Below, piece after piece: positions 28,501-38,402 of a stretch of 64,000 nucleotides of DNA. Source of the DNA: Anaerolineae bacterium (lineage in GTDB: Bacteria > Chloroflexota > Anaerolineae > B4-G1 > DUEL01). Position numbers and translations under genes: made by a program. Location of the stretch: positions 1 to 64,000 of the forward strand of contig JAFGEI010000004.1 in NCBI GenBank assembly GCA_016931695.1, in the 5' to 3' direction. The notes beneath the pieces are model-generated. The model was given only the letters and a program-made list of their open reading frames with translations. It did no database searches and had not been told where the DNA came from. How positions within the stretch are numbered: position 1 is the first letter of the stretch; every line of letters begins with the position of its first letter.

Positions 28501-30111
28501 ATGTCCTGGGGATGCGCCGGTCACGATGATCATCCCAAGACGGAGTGCGATATGACCGAACAGGATGTCGACCAGCAACCAGAGCCGGCCAAGCTGCACG
28601 AGTCGGCCTCGCCAATATCTTGGTATCTTGGGCCTCTCGCCATTCTTTTCTTGCTTTCACTTGTCCTATACATTGCCCCTTCCTCCCCGCTGCGCGATCT
28701 TTTGCTGCTCCTCTTTGGCGGATTGTCCTTGATCACCGCGACGCTGATCCTGACCACCTTTATCTGGGTCCGGGTCCCATTTCTCGGCTGGGCCGTGGTG
28801 GCGTCACTGCTGATCGTGTGGGGGATATGGGCTTTTTATACCCTCAAACCACTGTGGCCTCTTTCGTTGGAGACCGCCCTGTACTTTGCGCCTATGCTGC
28901 TGTCGGTTTTTCTCCCCCTCTTTCTCGCCGTCATGGTCTTTTTCATCGGCCTGCGCATCGTGTCGGGATTCCTGCTGCCCATCGAGCCACCCTTTGAAGA
29001 GCAGAGCTCGCTGGTCGCGAAAGTGAGGGCGTATCTACAGGACGAGCGGTTCACCCAGGCCTACGAGTTGTTTGCGGGCTATGTCCGGAGGCACTATTTT
29101 CCCATGTACGTGATGACCCGCGCGCGGCGGCAGCAGGACAAGCTTGCCCGCCGCGGCAAGGGCAACGCCTACGACTATCGGGGCAAGCGCGGCGTGATCA
29201 TCAGCGACTGTGACCACATCGTCGCGGTGTCGGACGGGATCACGTTCAAGGGCGTGCAGGGCCCCGGGGTGATCTTTACGAACAAGTTCGACCTGCCGCA
29301 GCACGTCATCGACCTGCGCCCCCAGCTGCGCACGAAAACGATCCAGGCCTGGACCCAGGATGGCATCGAGGTCAAGGTGTTGTTCTTTGCCCCCTTTCAG
29401 CTCGATCGCGGCGGGCAGCCAGCCAAGCTGGGGCAGGCCATCCCTTACGACGAAGAAGCAGCTTTCGACCTGGTGCATCACCAGGTGATGGAATACTCCA
29501 GGAGTGGGTTGGAGCCCAAGCAACGTATTGCCTGGGACGACCTGCCGGTGGAAATTGGCACCTCGCTGCTGCAAGATGTTCTGGGCAAGTACCGCTTTGA
29601 CGAGTTGTACGAGCCATCCTCCGATGGCGGGAAATGGCCCCGCCCGCGCATTGCCGACGAATTTGCCGACCAGTTCGAGACCAAGCTGAAGGAAGTGGGA
29701 CTGGTCCCGGTGGGGGGAGGGATCAGCAACATCAAGCCGGCGCGGGGAGAGCAGGTGCTTCCTTCCCGCACGCAGAGCTGGCGCGCTCATTGGGCCCGCC
29801 AGGTGATGCAGTTGCAGGCCAAGGGCCAAGAAGAGCGACTGCGGCGGATCGAACAGGTCCGCGCCGCGGCTTATGTCGAGCTGGTAGAAAAACTGGGGCA
29901 GCGGATCGTCGATTTGGAACAGGCCGGGGTGCCCGTCGAATCGACGGCGATCATCCCGCAGCTGCTGCAGGTCCTGGATGAAATCGTCCACCGCCCGGCA
30001 GTGTGGCAGCGCGTGGAATACACCACCCGGCGGAGAATGCAGGTCTTTCGTGAAGACGTCGAGGCGGCGGGGACCAAAAAGGGAGAGTTGTTAGACGATG
30101 AACCCCTTTAA
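28501..30111 (+). CDS. Membrane protein with a C-terminal SPFH/band-7-like domain
   Basis: Four to five N-terminal TM helices. C-terminal region (IQAWTQDGIEVKVLFFAPFQL..., coiled-coil EERLRRIEQVRAAAYVE) is SPFH-like. TTGACA-16-TATGAT promoter at 28395-28422. The ATG at 28549 is an alternative start. Confidence 0.6.
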   Translation: MSWGCAGHDDHPKTECDMTEQDVDQQPEPAKLHESASPISWYLGPLAILFLLSLVLYIAPSSPLRDLLLLLFGGLSLITATLILTTFIWVRVPFLGWAVVASLLIVWGIWAFYTLKPLWPLSLETALYFAPMLLSVFLPLFLAVMVFFIGLRIVSGFLLPIEPPFEEQSSLVAKVRAYLQDERFTQAYELFAGYVRRHYFPMYVMTRARRQQDKLARRGKGNAYDYRGKRGVIISDCDHIVAVSDGITFKGVQGPGVIFTNKFDLPQHVIDLRPQLRTKTIQAWTQDGIEVKVLFFAPFQLDRGGQPAKLGQAIPYDEEAAFDLVHHQVMEYSRSGLEPKQRIAWDDLPVEIGTSLLQDVLGKYRFDELYEPSSDGGKWPRPRIADEFADQFETKLKEVGLVPVGGGISNIKPARGEQVLPSRTQSWRAHWARQVMQLQAKGQEERLRRIEQVRAAAYVELVEKLGQRIVDLEQAGVPVESTAIIPQLLQVLDEIVHRPAVWQRVEYTTRRRMQVFREDVEAAGTKKGELLDDEPL

Positions 30112-31330
30112 ACACTTTTGGAAACATCTTGTTCCGGTCCTGCTCACCTTTGGCCCCATCGTCTTGATCCTGGTCTTGTTGGGGCTGGTCCTGACGTCGT
30201 GGGAGGTGGACCCGCTTCCCCATCTCCTCAACGCGGCGATCGCCGTGCTGCCCCTGGTGCTGGCCCTGATTCTCTTGCCCTATTCTGCCGCCCGTTTCCT
30301 GCGCGATCTCTACGATATCGAAAGCCTGGCGGATGCCTATGCTTTCCTCAGCCGGCTGGTGTTCAGGCCGTGGTCGTTTAACTATCTCAAAATCGAAGAC
30401 ACGCGAGTCGTGTTGGGGGAGGACAGCGTGCTGCACCGCGTCGGCGGTCCGGGCAACCTGATCATCTATAACGACAGCGCGGTCGTCACCGAGCGTTTCG
30501 GCAAGCTGTGCCGCGTGCTCGGCCCCGGCTTTCCGGCCCTGCAGCGGTTCGAAAAGGTGTGGGACATTGTCGATCTGCGCTACCAGTATTGGCCCTTCCA
30601 GGTCGATGGCATGACGCGAGAGGGCATCCCGGTTTCTTGCCTGGCGAAAATCAAGTTCAAGATCGACGATCGGGAGACGGAACAATCGCCGCCCAAGAGC
30701 CCCACCGATGCAAACCCCTACCCCTTTACAGAGGAGGCCGTCTTTTGCGCGGCGACCAGCAGCTGGATACGTCCGCCGGATTGGGAAAAGTGGCCGCACG
30801 ACTGGGCCGGGCGAGTGGTGGTGAGCTACACGGAGGGGGTATTGCGGAATATTTTGGCGGAATACCGGCTGGACGAGCTTGTCGCACCGGTCGAAGCGGG
30901 CTCGCCGCACCCGCGCGAGGAGATCTGTCGGCGCCTGGAGGAGGCGCTGCGGAAGCGGGAGCGCAACGTGGGGGCGCGGATTCTCTCCGTGGAGTTGGGC
31001 GAGATGCAGTTTGAGGACGAGCAGATCCCCCTGCAGTGGGTCGAGGCCTGGAAAGCGGAGTGGGAGGAGCACGCCGTTCGCGCCCGCGCAGAGGGCGAGG
31101 CGCAGTTGCTGAGCGTGGACGCCGTGCAGGCGGCGGTGCAGGCAGAGATGATCACCGCCGTGGTCGCGGCTTTACAGTCGCTCGACACCAGCGTCGAGTC
31201 CCGCGCGCTGGTGGCCCGCCTGGCGCAAATGTTCCACTGGATGTCCTACAACCCGCTTTCCCGCACCCACCTGCCGCCCGAGGTGATGCACACGTTGGGC
31301 GTGATCCAGGAGAATCTGCTGGGGGAGTAA
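30098..31330 (+). CDS. SPFH/band-7 (flotillin/stomatin-like) membrane protein
   Basis: Two N-terminal TM helices, an SPFH core (VVVSYTEGVLRNILAEYRLDELV...GARILSVELGEMQFEDE), and an Ala/Glu-rich coiled coil (ARAEGEAQLLSVDAVQAAVQAEM). 14-nt overlap with the upstream gene. Confidence 0.7.
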   Translation: MNPFKHFWKHLVPVLLTFGPIVLILVLLGLVLTSWEVDPLPHLLNAAIAVLPLVLALILLPYSAARFLRDLYDIESLADAYAFLSRLVFRPWSFNYLKIEDTRVVLGEDSVLHRVGGPGNLIIYNDSAVVTERFGKLCRVLGPGFPALQRFEKVWDIVDLRYQYWPFQVDGMTREGIPVSCLAKIKFKIDDRETEQSPPKSPTDANPYPFTEEAVFCAATSSWIRPPDWEKWPHDWAGRVVVSYTEGVLRNILAEYRLDELVAPVEAGSPHPREEICRRLEEALRKRERNVGARILSVELGEMQFEDEQIPLQWVEAWKAEWEEHAVRARAEGEAQLLSVDAVQAAVQAEMITAVVAALQSLDTSVESRALVARLAQMFHWMSYNPLSRTHLPPEVMHTLGVIQENLLGE

Positions 31331-31435
31331 TCGCTGTAAAACGTTTGCGCAAGTGGTCGAAGTGTGGTAGAATACCCTCGAACGACCGGGCGGGGCAAGC
31401 AGGTCTGGCCCCGCTTGTGCATGAAAGGAGCGTGC

Positions 31436-31705
31436 ATGCCGCTGAGCAAGAGCGAAAAGCAAAAAGTTATCCGCGAGTACAGTCGCTTTACCGAAGATAC
31501 TGGTTCGCCCGAGGTCCAAATTGCCCTTCTGACCACCCGCATCAACCAGTTGACCGATCACCTCAAGGAGCACAAGCACGACGAGCACTCCCGGCGCGGG
31601 TTGCTCAAGATGGTCGGGCGCCGTCGCCGCCACCTGACCTATCTCAGCAACAATGACCCGGAACGGTACAAGGAGATTATCCGCAGGCTGGGGTTGCGCC
31701 GCTAA
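31436..31705 (+). CDS. rpsO: 30S ribosomal protein S15
   Basis: [64 protein letters not shown] is canonical S15. AAAGGAG SD. TTGCGC-17-TAGAAT promoter at 31344-31372 and leader hairpin gcggggc...gccccgc. Confidence 0.95.
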   Translation: MPLSKSEKQKVIREYSRFTEDTGSPEVQIALLTTRINQLTDHLKEHKHDEHSRRGLLKMVGRRRRHLTYLSNNDPERYKEIIRRLGLRR

Positions 31706-31845
31706 CGTTGAAACGAGGTGTGTCGCTGCTCGGTTGGGCAGGTGGCCCGAGTTGTGACTGATGTATACAGAACGGGGGAACATCTTTCCCTGTTTCACCT
31801 GGATCGAATTGAACATTCGCCGGAGCACCGGGCGGGGTTTGGAAT

Positions 31846-31888
31846 TGGGACATGTCTCACAGGGGGGCTCCTTGTGGGCCATGTCCCA
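31846..31888 (+). other. Stable hairpin in the rpsO-pnp intergenic leader (candidate RNase III / PNPase autoregulation site)
   Basis: tgggacatg (31846-54) pairs perfectly with catgtccca (31880-88). Internal cacagggg/ccttgtg pairing. Followed by gtttct. Confidence 0.5.
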
Positions 31889-31929
31889 GTTTCTAACCTC
31901 CGATCCGGGTTTCGGCATTGGAGGAAAAA

Positions 31930-34089
31930 ATGAATATCAAACTGTTTACGGCTACTTTGGGTGAACATTCTCTCACCCTGGAGACGGGCCGCCTTGCCCA
32001 ACAGGCTGGCGGGTCCGTTGTCTTGCGCTGTGGCGACACGATGCTGTTGGCTACGGCAACCATGTCCAACTCGGAGCGGGAGGGCATCGATTTCTTCCCG
32101 CTGACCGTGGACTTTGAGGAACGGCTTTACGCGGCGGGCCGGATTCCCGGCTCTTTTTTCCGCCGCGAAGGCCGTCCACCGGAGCACGCGGTGCTCGTCA
32201 GCCGGCTGACTGACCGCCCGTTGCGCCCTCTGTTCCCCAAGGATATGCGCAATGACGTGCAAATCATCATCACCCCGCTGTCCCAGGACGAAATTCACCA
32301 CGCCGATATCCTGACCATCATCGCCGCCTCCGCTGCGCTGACGATCTCGGATGTCCCCTTTGCCGGCCCGGTCGGCGCGGTGCGGGTGGGCTGCATCGAC
32401 GGCGAGATCATTGTCAACCCCACCATCCCGCAGATGGAGACGAGCACGCTCGACCTGCGCCTGGCTGGCACGGCCGACGCCATTCTCATGGTGGAAGCGG
32501 GAGCGAACGAGATCGACGAAGCGCTGATGCTCGCCGCCCTGAGCCGGGGCCATCAGGCGATTCAGCAAGTCGTCGCGGTGCAGCACGAGATGCGCGAGGC
32601 GGTCGGCAAACCAAAGCGGGAATACGTGCCCTATGCCTTGCCGCAGGAAATAGAAACCGCGGTGCGCGAGTGGCTGGGCGACCGGCTTCAGTCCGCCCTG
32701 TACAATCATCCCGACAAGTCCGAGCGCAGCGATGCTTTGCGGGCGATCCGGGATGAGCTATTCGAAGCATTTGGCCAGGAACACGACCCGCATTTGTTAA
32801 AAAAGGCCTTTGAAAAAGTAGAACGCGATGTCGTGCGTGGGGGCATCCTGGACCAGGGCATCCGCGTCGATGGCCGAGACCCTGTCACCATCCGCCCCCT
32901 TACCGCTGACGTGGGCCTCTTGCCGCGCACCCACGGCTCGGGCGTCTTTTCCCGCGGCGAGACCCAGGTGCTCTCGATCCTCACCCTCGGCACGCCCCGC
33001 GAGGAACAGACGCTGGATGACCTCTCGCCGGAGGAATCCAAGCGCTATCTGCACCACTATAATTTTCCCCCCTATTCCACCGGGGAGACCTGGCCGCTGC
33101 GCGGCCCCAAGCGGCGCGAAATCGGCCACGGCGCGCTGGCGGAACGGGCACTGCTGCCTGTCATCCCGCCCGAAACCGAGTTTCCCTACACCATCCGCGT
33201 CGTGAGCGAAGTGATGTCGTCGAACGGCTCCACCTCGATGGCTGCGGTCTGCGGTTCGACCCTGGCGCTGATGGATGCCGGGGTTCCCATCAAGGCCCCC
33301 GTCGCCGGCATCGCCATGGGGCTGATCAAGGAAGGCGACCGCTGCGTCGTCCTGACCGACATCCTGGGCCAGGAAGATCACCTGGGCGACATGGATTTCA
33401 AGGTTGCTGGAACCCGCAAGGGCATCACCGCTCTGCAGATGGACATCAAGATCAAGGGCATCTCGGAGCAAGTGCTGGCGGAAGCGCTGGGGCAGGCGCT
33501 GGAGGCGCGGCGGCAAATCCTCGCCGTGATCGAAGAGACCCTCCCCGCGCCGCGCGAGGACCTCTCTGCCTATGCGCCGCGGATGCTCATCCTGCACGTC
33601 GATCCGGACAAGCTGGGAGCGGTCATTGGCAGCGGCGGCAAGACAGTCCGCTCTATCCAGGACGAGTTTGACGTCCGCGTGGATATTGAGGACGATGGCA
33701 CGATCTATGTCGCATCAGCCGACGGGCCGAGTGCCAAAAAGGCGGAGGAACGGATCAAGGAGCTGACCACTGATCCCGAGTTGGGCGAGATCTATACCGG
33801 GCGGGTGGTCCGCATCACCGATTTCGGCGCCTTTGTCGAGATCACGCCCGGCACCGATGGCATGGTTCACGTTTCCCAGCTCTCGGACCGGCCGGTAAAC
33901 AGCGTACGCGATGCCGTCGAGATCGGTGACGAGATCATGGTAATGATCACCGACATCGGTCACGATGGCAAGATTCGCCTCTCCCGGCGCGCGGTCCTGG
34001 AGGGCTGGGAACTTGAGGAAGCACGCGCTCAGGACCGGCCGCGGCGCAGCAGCGGCCGAGACGATCGGCGCCCCCCGCGTCGCCGATAG
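31930..34089 (+). CDS. pnp: Polyribonucleotide nucleotidyltransferase (PNPase)
   Basis: Two RNase PH domains, KH and S1 domains ([29 protein letters not shown]... [12 protein letters not shown]). GGAGG 5 nt before the ATG at 31930. The ORF track TTG at 31918 overlaps the SD. Confidence 0.95.
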   Translation: MNIKLFTATLGEHSLTLETGRLAQQAGGSVVLRCGDTMLLATATMSNSEREGIDFFPLTVDFEERLYAAGRIPGSFFRREGRPPEHAVLVSRLTDRPLRPLFPKDMRNDVQIIITPLSQDEIHHADILTIIAASAALTISDVPFAGPVGAVRVGCIDGEIIVNPTIPQMETSTLDLRLAGTADAILMVEAGANEIDEALMLAALSRGHQAIQQVVAVQHEMREAVGKPKREYVPYALPQEIETAVREWLGDRLQSALYNHPDKSERSDALRAIRDELFEAFGQEHDPHLLKKAFEKVERDVVRGGILDQGIRVDGRDPVTIRPLTADVGLLPRTHGSGVFSRGETQVLSILTLGTPREEQTLDDLSPEESKRYLHHYNFPPYSTGETWPLRGPKRREIGHGALAERALLPVIPPETEFPYTIRVVSEVMSSNGSTSMAAVCGSTLALMDAGVPIKAPVAGIAMGLIKEGDRCVVLTDILGQEDHLGDMDFKVAGTRKGITALQMDIKIKGISEQVLAEALGQALEARRQILAVIEETLPAPREDLSAYAPRMLILHVDPDKLGAVIGSGGKTVRSIQDEFDVRVDIEDDGTIYVASADGPSAKKAEERIKELTTDPELGEIYTGRVVRITDFGAFVEITPGTDGMVHVSQLSDRPVNSVRDAVEIGDEIMVMITDIGHDGKIRLSRRAVLEGWELEEARAQDRPRRSSGRDDRRPPRRR

Positions 34090-34159
34090 CCAGCGGGAGT
34101 TGCAAACGGCTCGCCAGGAGCATTGACCTGCCCATGTTCTGAGCGGACGAAATTCATAG

Positions 34160-34843
34160 ATGTTGCATAACGACCCGGATGACTTGAGCGGATATTCTCC
34201 TCTGGCAGGAGAAGGGAGAGAAGGGGGACTTGCGGGCGCCGGGCCCGTACCCCCTTCCTCGCCCCCCGCGCCGGGCCTGGCCGAGCCGTTACAACCGGAG
34301 CCCCCCCCCTCGTTCTTGTCCCGGACAGGCCGCTTTTTCCTGCGCGTCCTGACCGAGATCGCCGGTACTGTTCTCCCCGCGATCCTCGTCGCCCTGGTGA
34401 TCAACCTCTTCCTGGCCCAGGCGACGGTGGTGCAGGGGCAGAGTATGGAGCCGACGCTGTACAACAACCAGCGGGTCATTGTCGAAAAGATCACCTACCG
34501 CTTTATTCACGGCCCGCGGCGCGGTGACGTGGTCGTGCTCCAACCGCCGGGGCAGGATGAGCTGCTCATCAAGCGCGTCATCGGCCTGCCGGGAGAGCTG
34601 GTAGAAGTACGCGGCGGCCAGGTGTTTGTCGACGGTCAGCCAATCGACGAACCGTGGGCCGTGCGACAGGGCGGCCCAAACTATCCTCCGACCCTGATTC
34701 CACCCTTGCACATCTTTGTTCTGGGGGATAACCGCGGCCACTCGAACGATTCCCGCTCCTTTGGTCCCATAATGGTGGATCAGATCGTGGGCCGGGCCTG
34801 GGTAATTTACTGGCCGCTGGAAAAGATCGGCTCGATCGAGTAG
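34160..34843 (+). CDS. lepB: Signal peptidase I
   Basis: S26 catalytic boxes GQSMEPTL (Ser), LIKRVIGLPGE (Lys) and VLGDNRGHSNDSR. Confidence 0.9.
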   Translation: MLHNDPDDLSGYSPLAGEGREGGLAGAGPVPPSSPPAPGLAEPLQPEPPPSFLSRTGRFFLRVLTEIAGTVLPAILVALVINLFLAQATVVQGQSMEPTLYNNQRVIVEKITYRFIHGPRRGDVVVLQPPGQDELLIKRVIGLPGELVEVRGGQVFVDGQPIDEPWAVRQGGPNYPPTLIPPLHIFVLGDNRGHSNDSRSFGPIMVDQIVGRAWVIYWPLEKIGSIE

Positions 34844-34938
34844 CGGTTCGGGCGGCCTGTGCCAGGCCGTTACGAGAAAGCAGTGGCCCCGCCCGTGTTC
34901 TTTGGCTGGTTTTTGCCGCAGGAGAGTCGGAATCTGAA

Positions 34939-36996
34939 ATGAACAAAGTGGTTCAGAAATGGGATGCTTCGGCCAAGCGTACCGTCGTGCTGATCCTGCT
35001 GCTGCTGCTGGCCTTGCTGATCTACCGTTTCCGGGCCATCTTGCTTCCCTTGATCCTCGCTTTTCTCACCGCCTTTATCCTCAATCCGGTGGTCGACTTT
35101 GTCGAGAAACACACCCGGATGAACCGCGGCGTAGCGGCGGCAATCGTCCTCCTGGTCGTCATCCTGCTCCTGGCCGCGGCCCCCGTCGTGGCTGTACCGA
35201 TGGCGCAAAAGGCCATCCTCTCCTTGAATCTCGATTTTGCCAACATCGTGGACAACCTGGACGATTGGATCGCCCAGCCGATCACGTTCTGGGGCCGGGA
35301 ATGGGACCTGCGCTCCCTCTATGAGGATTTACGGCAGACCTTGCAGTCCTTCCTGTCCACCGTCGCGGACGTCACGGTGGACGTCGTCGTCGGGTTCGCT
35401 TCGGGTATCTTTTGGCTCGTCTTTATCCTCCTCAGCGCCTTTTACATGGTCAAGGATGGGGATCGCATCATCGGCTGGCTGGATGATCTGGCGCCCCTTT
35501 CTTTTCGCGAGGACCTCGTTGCGCTCCGCCTGCGCATCACCGAGGTCTGGAATGCATTTCTGCGCGGCCAACTGCTGATGGCGCTGTTTCTCATGGTCAT
35601 TACGACCGTGGTCGCCGCTGCTGTTGGGCTGCCCAACGCCCTGGCCCTGGGAATCCTGGCCGGAGCGATGGAGTTTATTCCCAACCTGGGCCCAATCATT
35701 GCCGCCGTTCCGGCGGTGTTGCTGGCCTTTTTCAGCGGCTCGTCGTGGTTGCCGCTGAGCAATTTCTGGTTTGCCGTGCTCGTCCTGGGCCTCTATCTCA
35801 TCATCCAGCAGATCGAGGGCAACATCCTCCTGCCGCGTATCATGGGGCAGAGCCTCAATCTGCACCCGCTGATCGTGCTGGTCGCCATCATCGGCGGCGG
35901 CAGCCTGGCCGGTATCCTGGGCGTGCTCATTGCTGCCCCAATGGTGGCGACCGCCCGCGTGCTGATCGACTATCTCTTCTGCCGGCTGACCGATCGCGAC
36001 CCCTTTCCCGAACGAGACAAGCCGCCGCCACCACGGTTTGGCCGCAGTTTGTGGAACCGGGTACGGAAACGGCTCTGGACCAACCAGTGGCGCCCCCGTC
36101 CGGCCCATCCCGACGACCGGGCCGGCGTGGAGGAAATCTGCGCCCAGGTCTGGGAGGGCGACGATTACGTGCCCAAGGTTTGGGACGAGTGGCTGGCCGA
36201 TCCCCACGGCGAGTTGAGCGTGGTGGAGCGCAAGGGAAAGGTGGTGGCGTTGGGCAAACTGACCCGCATCGCCGACGACGAATGGTGGTTGGAGGGACTG
36301 CGGGTGCATCCGGCCTATCGTTACCTGGGGGTCGCCAGCGCGATGCAGGAGCACCAAATTGCAGTTGCCCAACGGGTGGCGAGCGGCAAGCTGCGCCTGG
36401 GCACCGCTTCGCACAACAAGGCGGTCCAGCACATGGCGCTGCGGGATGGGTTCCAACAGGTGGCCGAGTTCCAGTTCTGCGAAGCGGCGCCCCTCCCCGG
36501 CCCCTGCGCTGCCCGCCGTCTCACCGGCGACGACTTGGAGGCGCTGTGGGCGTTGGTTGCCGGTTCCGACATCTTTCACGCCGTGGCCGGTCTCTACGAG
36601 GTGAACTGGCACTGGATGAGCCTGACCGCGGAACGAATGGCGGCGCACTTGCGGGCAGGAGAGGCCTGGGGGGTGGAGCTGGAGGGCAAGTTGGCGGCGA
36701 TCGCGATCGTCCCGCACGACGAACGGGAAGAGCCGCGCCGGCTGACGGTGAGCTACATCGACGGCACGATGGAGGGGATTACTGCCCTGGCCTGGTGCCT
36801 GCGGGTGCTGGCAAAACAACTGGAGCGCGAGGAACTGCGCATCCGCCCCGTGGCACATCCCCCGCTGCTGGCGGCCCTCCATGCCGCCGACGTCGTCAGC
36901 AGCCGGGATCATGCGTTGCTGGTTTTCGAGCGCTCGTTGGCGCCAGGCGAAGCTCCTGCCGGGGAGCCGGCGGAGGAGCGGCCGGATGCGGGATAG
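34939..36996 (+). CDS. AI-2E family (PerM/UPF0118) transporter fused to a C-terminal GNAT acetyltransferase-like domain
   Basis: N-terminal 370 aa have 8 TM helices with the AI-2E signature region (IEGNILLPRIMGQSLNLHPL). C-terminal 300 aa are soluble with GNAT-like segments (VVALGKLTRIADDEWWLEGLRVHPAYRYLGVASAM). Confidence 0.7.
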   Translation: MNKVVQKWDASAKRTVVLILLLLLALLIYRFRAILLPLILAFLTAFILNPVVDFVEKHTRMNRGVAAAIVLLVVILLLAAAPVVAVPMAQKAILSLNLDFANIVDNLDDWIAQPITFWGREWDLRSLYEDLRQTLQSFLSTVADVTVDVVVGFASGIFWLVFILLSAFYMVKDGDRIIGWLDDLAPLSFREDLVALRLRITEVWNAFLRGQLLMALFLMVITTVVAAAVGLPNALALGILAGAMEFIPNLGPIIAAVPAVLLAFFSGSSWLPLSNFWFAVLVLGLYLIIQQIEGNILLPRIMGQSLNLHPLIVLVAIIGGGSLAGILGVLIAAPMVATARVLIDYLFCRLTDRDPFPERDKPPPPRFGRSLWNRVRKRLWTNQWRPRPAHPDDRAGVEEICAQVWEGDDYVPKVWDEWLADPHGELSVVERKGKVVALGKLTRIADDEWWLEGLRVHPAYRYLGVASAMQEHQIAVAQRVASGKLRLGTASHNKAVQHMALRDGFQQVAEFQFCEAAPLPGPCAARRLTGDDLEALWALVAGSDIFHAVAGLYEVNWHWMSLTAERMAAHLRAGEAWGVELEGKLAAIAIVPHDEREEPRRLTVSYIDGTMEGITALAWCLRVLAKQLEREELRIRPVAHPPLLAALHAADVVSSRDHALLVFERSLAPGEAPAGEPAEERPDAG

Positions 36997-37537
36997 TCAG
37001 GGCAGCCGCGCCCCCTTCAGTGCGTTTCGATTCGTGCTGCGCCTGCTGGTGGACGTTCTGACCACCGCCGTCCCCGCCGTTCTCATTGCCCTCTGTATCA
37101 ACGTCTTTGTCGCCCAGGCGATGGTGATCGACGGGCCGAGCATGCGTCCCAACCTGGAATACGATCAGCGGATCATAGTGGAGAAGGTATCTTATCTCTT
37201 CCACGGCCCGCGCCGCGGCGACGTGGTCGTCATCGACGTCTCCGGCGAGCCAGAACCGCTCGTCAAGCGCGTGGTCGGCATGCCGGGCGAGACGATCACC
37301 ATGCAGGACGGGCGAATCTATATCGATGGCGCGTTGCTCAACGAAACCTGGGCGATCCAGGCCGGTGGAGCAGACTTGCCGCCGCTGCAGGTGCCGCCGC
37401 ACCACGTCTTTGTCCTGGGCGACAACCGGGGCAGTTCCCGCGATTCCCGCGCCTTTGGCCCCGTGCCCATCGACCAGATCTTGGGCCGGGCTTGGGTGAT
37501 CTATTGGCCGCCGTACGCCGCCCAGGTCATTCGCTGA
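36986..37537 (+). CDS. lepB: Signal peptidase I (second paralog)
   Basis: GPSMRPNL (Ser), LVKRVVGMPGE (Lys), VLGDNRGSSRDSR. ATG at 36986 with GGAGGAG 7 nt upstream; overlaps the previous stop by 11 nt. Confidence 0.9.
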   Translation: MRDSQGSRAPFSAFRFVLRLLVDVLTTAVPAVLIALCINVFVAQAMVIDGPSMRPNLEYDQRIIVEKVSYLFHGPRRGDVVVIDVSGEPEPLVKRVVGMPGETITMQDGRIYIDGALLNETWAIQAGGADLPPLQVPPHHVFVLGDNRGSSRDSRAFGPVPIDQILGRAWVIYWPPYAAQVIR

Positions 37538-37564
37538 GCGGACCCTTTTTTTGGAGAGGCAGGT

Positions 37565-37741
37565 ATGGTTATAGAAGTCAACGAGATCGAAGTGATTGCC
37601 GAAACGGAGGATTTCAGTGCCTGGCGGGCACGAGAACCGGATGGCGAAGTGACCTACCACCTGGAGTTTGGCAGCGCGACGATCCATTTTTTCCAGGAAG
37701 AGTGGGATCAATTCCTGGCCTTGATCAAGCAGCTGCTGTAA
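37565..37741 (+). CDS. Small hypothetical protein (58 aa); not in the ORF track
   Basis: ATG with GGAGAGG SD 5 nt upstream. Translation MVIEVNEIEVIAETEDFSAWRAREPDGEVTYHLEFGSATIHFFQEEWDQFLALIKQLL. Its stop overlaps the SD of the next gene. Confidence 0.45.
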   Translation: MVIEVNEIEVIAETEDFSAWRAREPDGEVTYHLEFGSATIHFFQEEWDQFLALIKQLL

Positions 37742-37751
37742 GGAGGCTCCC

Positions 37752-38402
37752 TTGCTGAGACCCGGAGGACACCCTGACGGACTGGGGGAATGGTACGATA
37801 AACTGGCGCCGCTGGTGGCGGAGGCGCAGGGATACCTGCAAGAGGTCGTGACGAGCAAGCTGGTGATGCGCAGCGGCTGCCTCCAGGCGGACGACGGCTC
37901 GCTGCGGCTGATGCTGCTGGGGCGCGATTATACCGTCCATCCACCTGATTTCGTCATCTACAAGGCGGGCACGCAAGAAGAGCCGTCTTCCTTTACCAAG
38001 GCCCTACTCTTGACCTACCTGGTCACCGCCGACGGCACCACTCCCTCCGGCCGCTGGGTCGCTTTTCGCGGCCTGCCGGACGGCATGTTCTACGCCCAGG
38101 CCTTTCGCGGCTATGCCGAGGACCGGCTGGCCCAGGGGCTGGGCGAAGCGGGCCTGGATCTTTTCCGGCGCGGCGCGGAGCGGCTGGGCGGTCAGCCGAT
38201 CGATATCGGCGACGCCGGCTATTCCTTCCCGGTCCTGCCTCGTGTGCGGATGGCGGCGGTCTATTGGCTGGGCGACGAGGATTTCGCCTCGCGGGCGTCG
38301 ATCCTCTTTGAAGACACCGCCACCCACTACATGCCGACCGACGGCCTGGCGATTCTGGGCAGCCAGTTGGTCGGCCAGCTGCTCAAAGCGGCGCAGGAGT
38401 AG
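37752..38402 (+). CDS. Conserved hypothetical protein (about 216 aa)
   Basis: TTG start with AGGAGG 5 nt upstream. No confident domain assignment from sequence alone. Confidence 0.55.
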   Translation: MLRPGGHPDGLGEWYDKLAPLVAEAQGYLQEVVTSKLVMRSGCLQADDGSLRLMLLGRDYTVHPPDFVIYKAGTQEEPSSFTKALLLTYLVTADGTTPSGRWVAFRGLPDGMFYAQAFRGYAEDRLAQGLGEAGLDLFRRGAERLGGQPIDIGDAGYSFPVLPRVRMAAVYWLGDEDFASRASILFEDTATHYMPTDGLAILGSQLVGQLLKAAQE

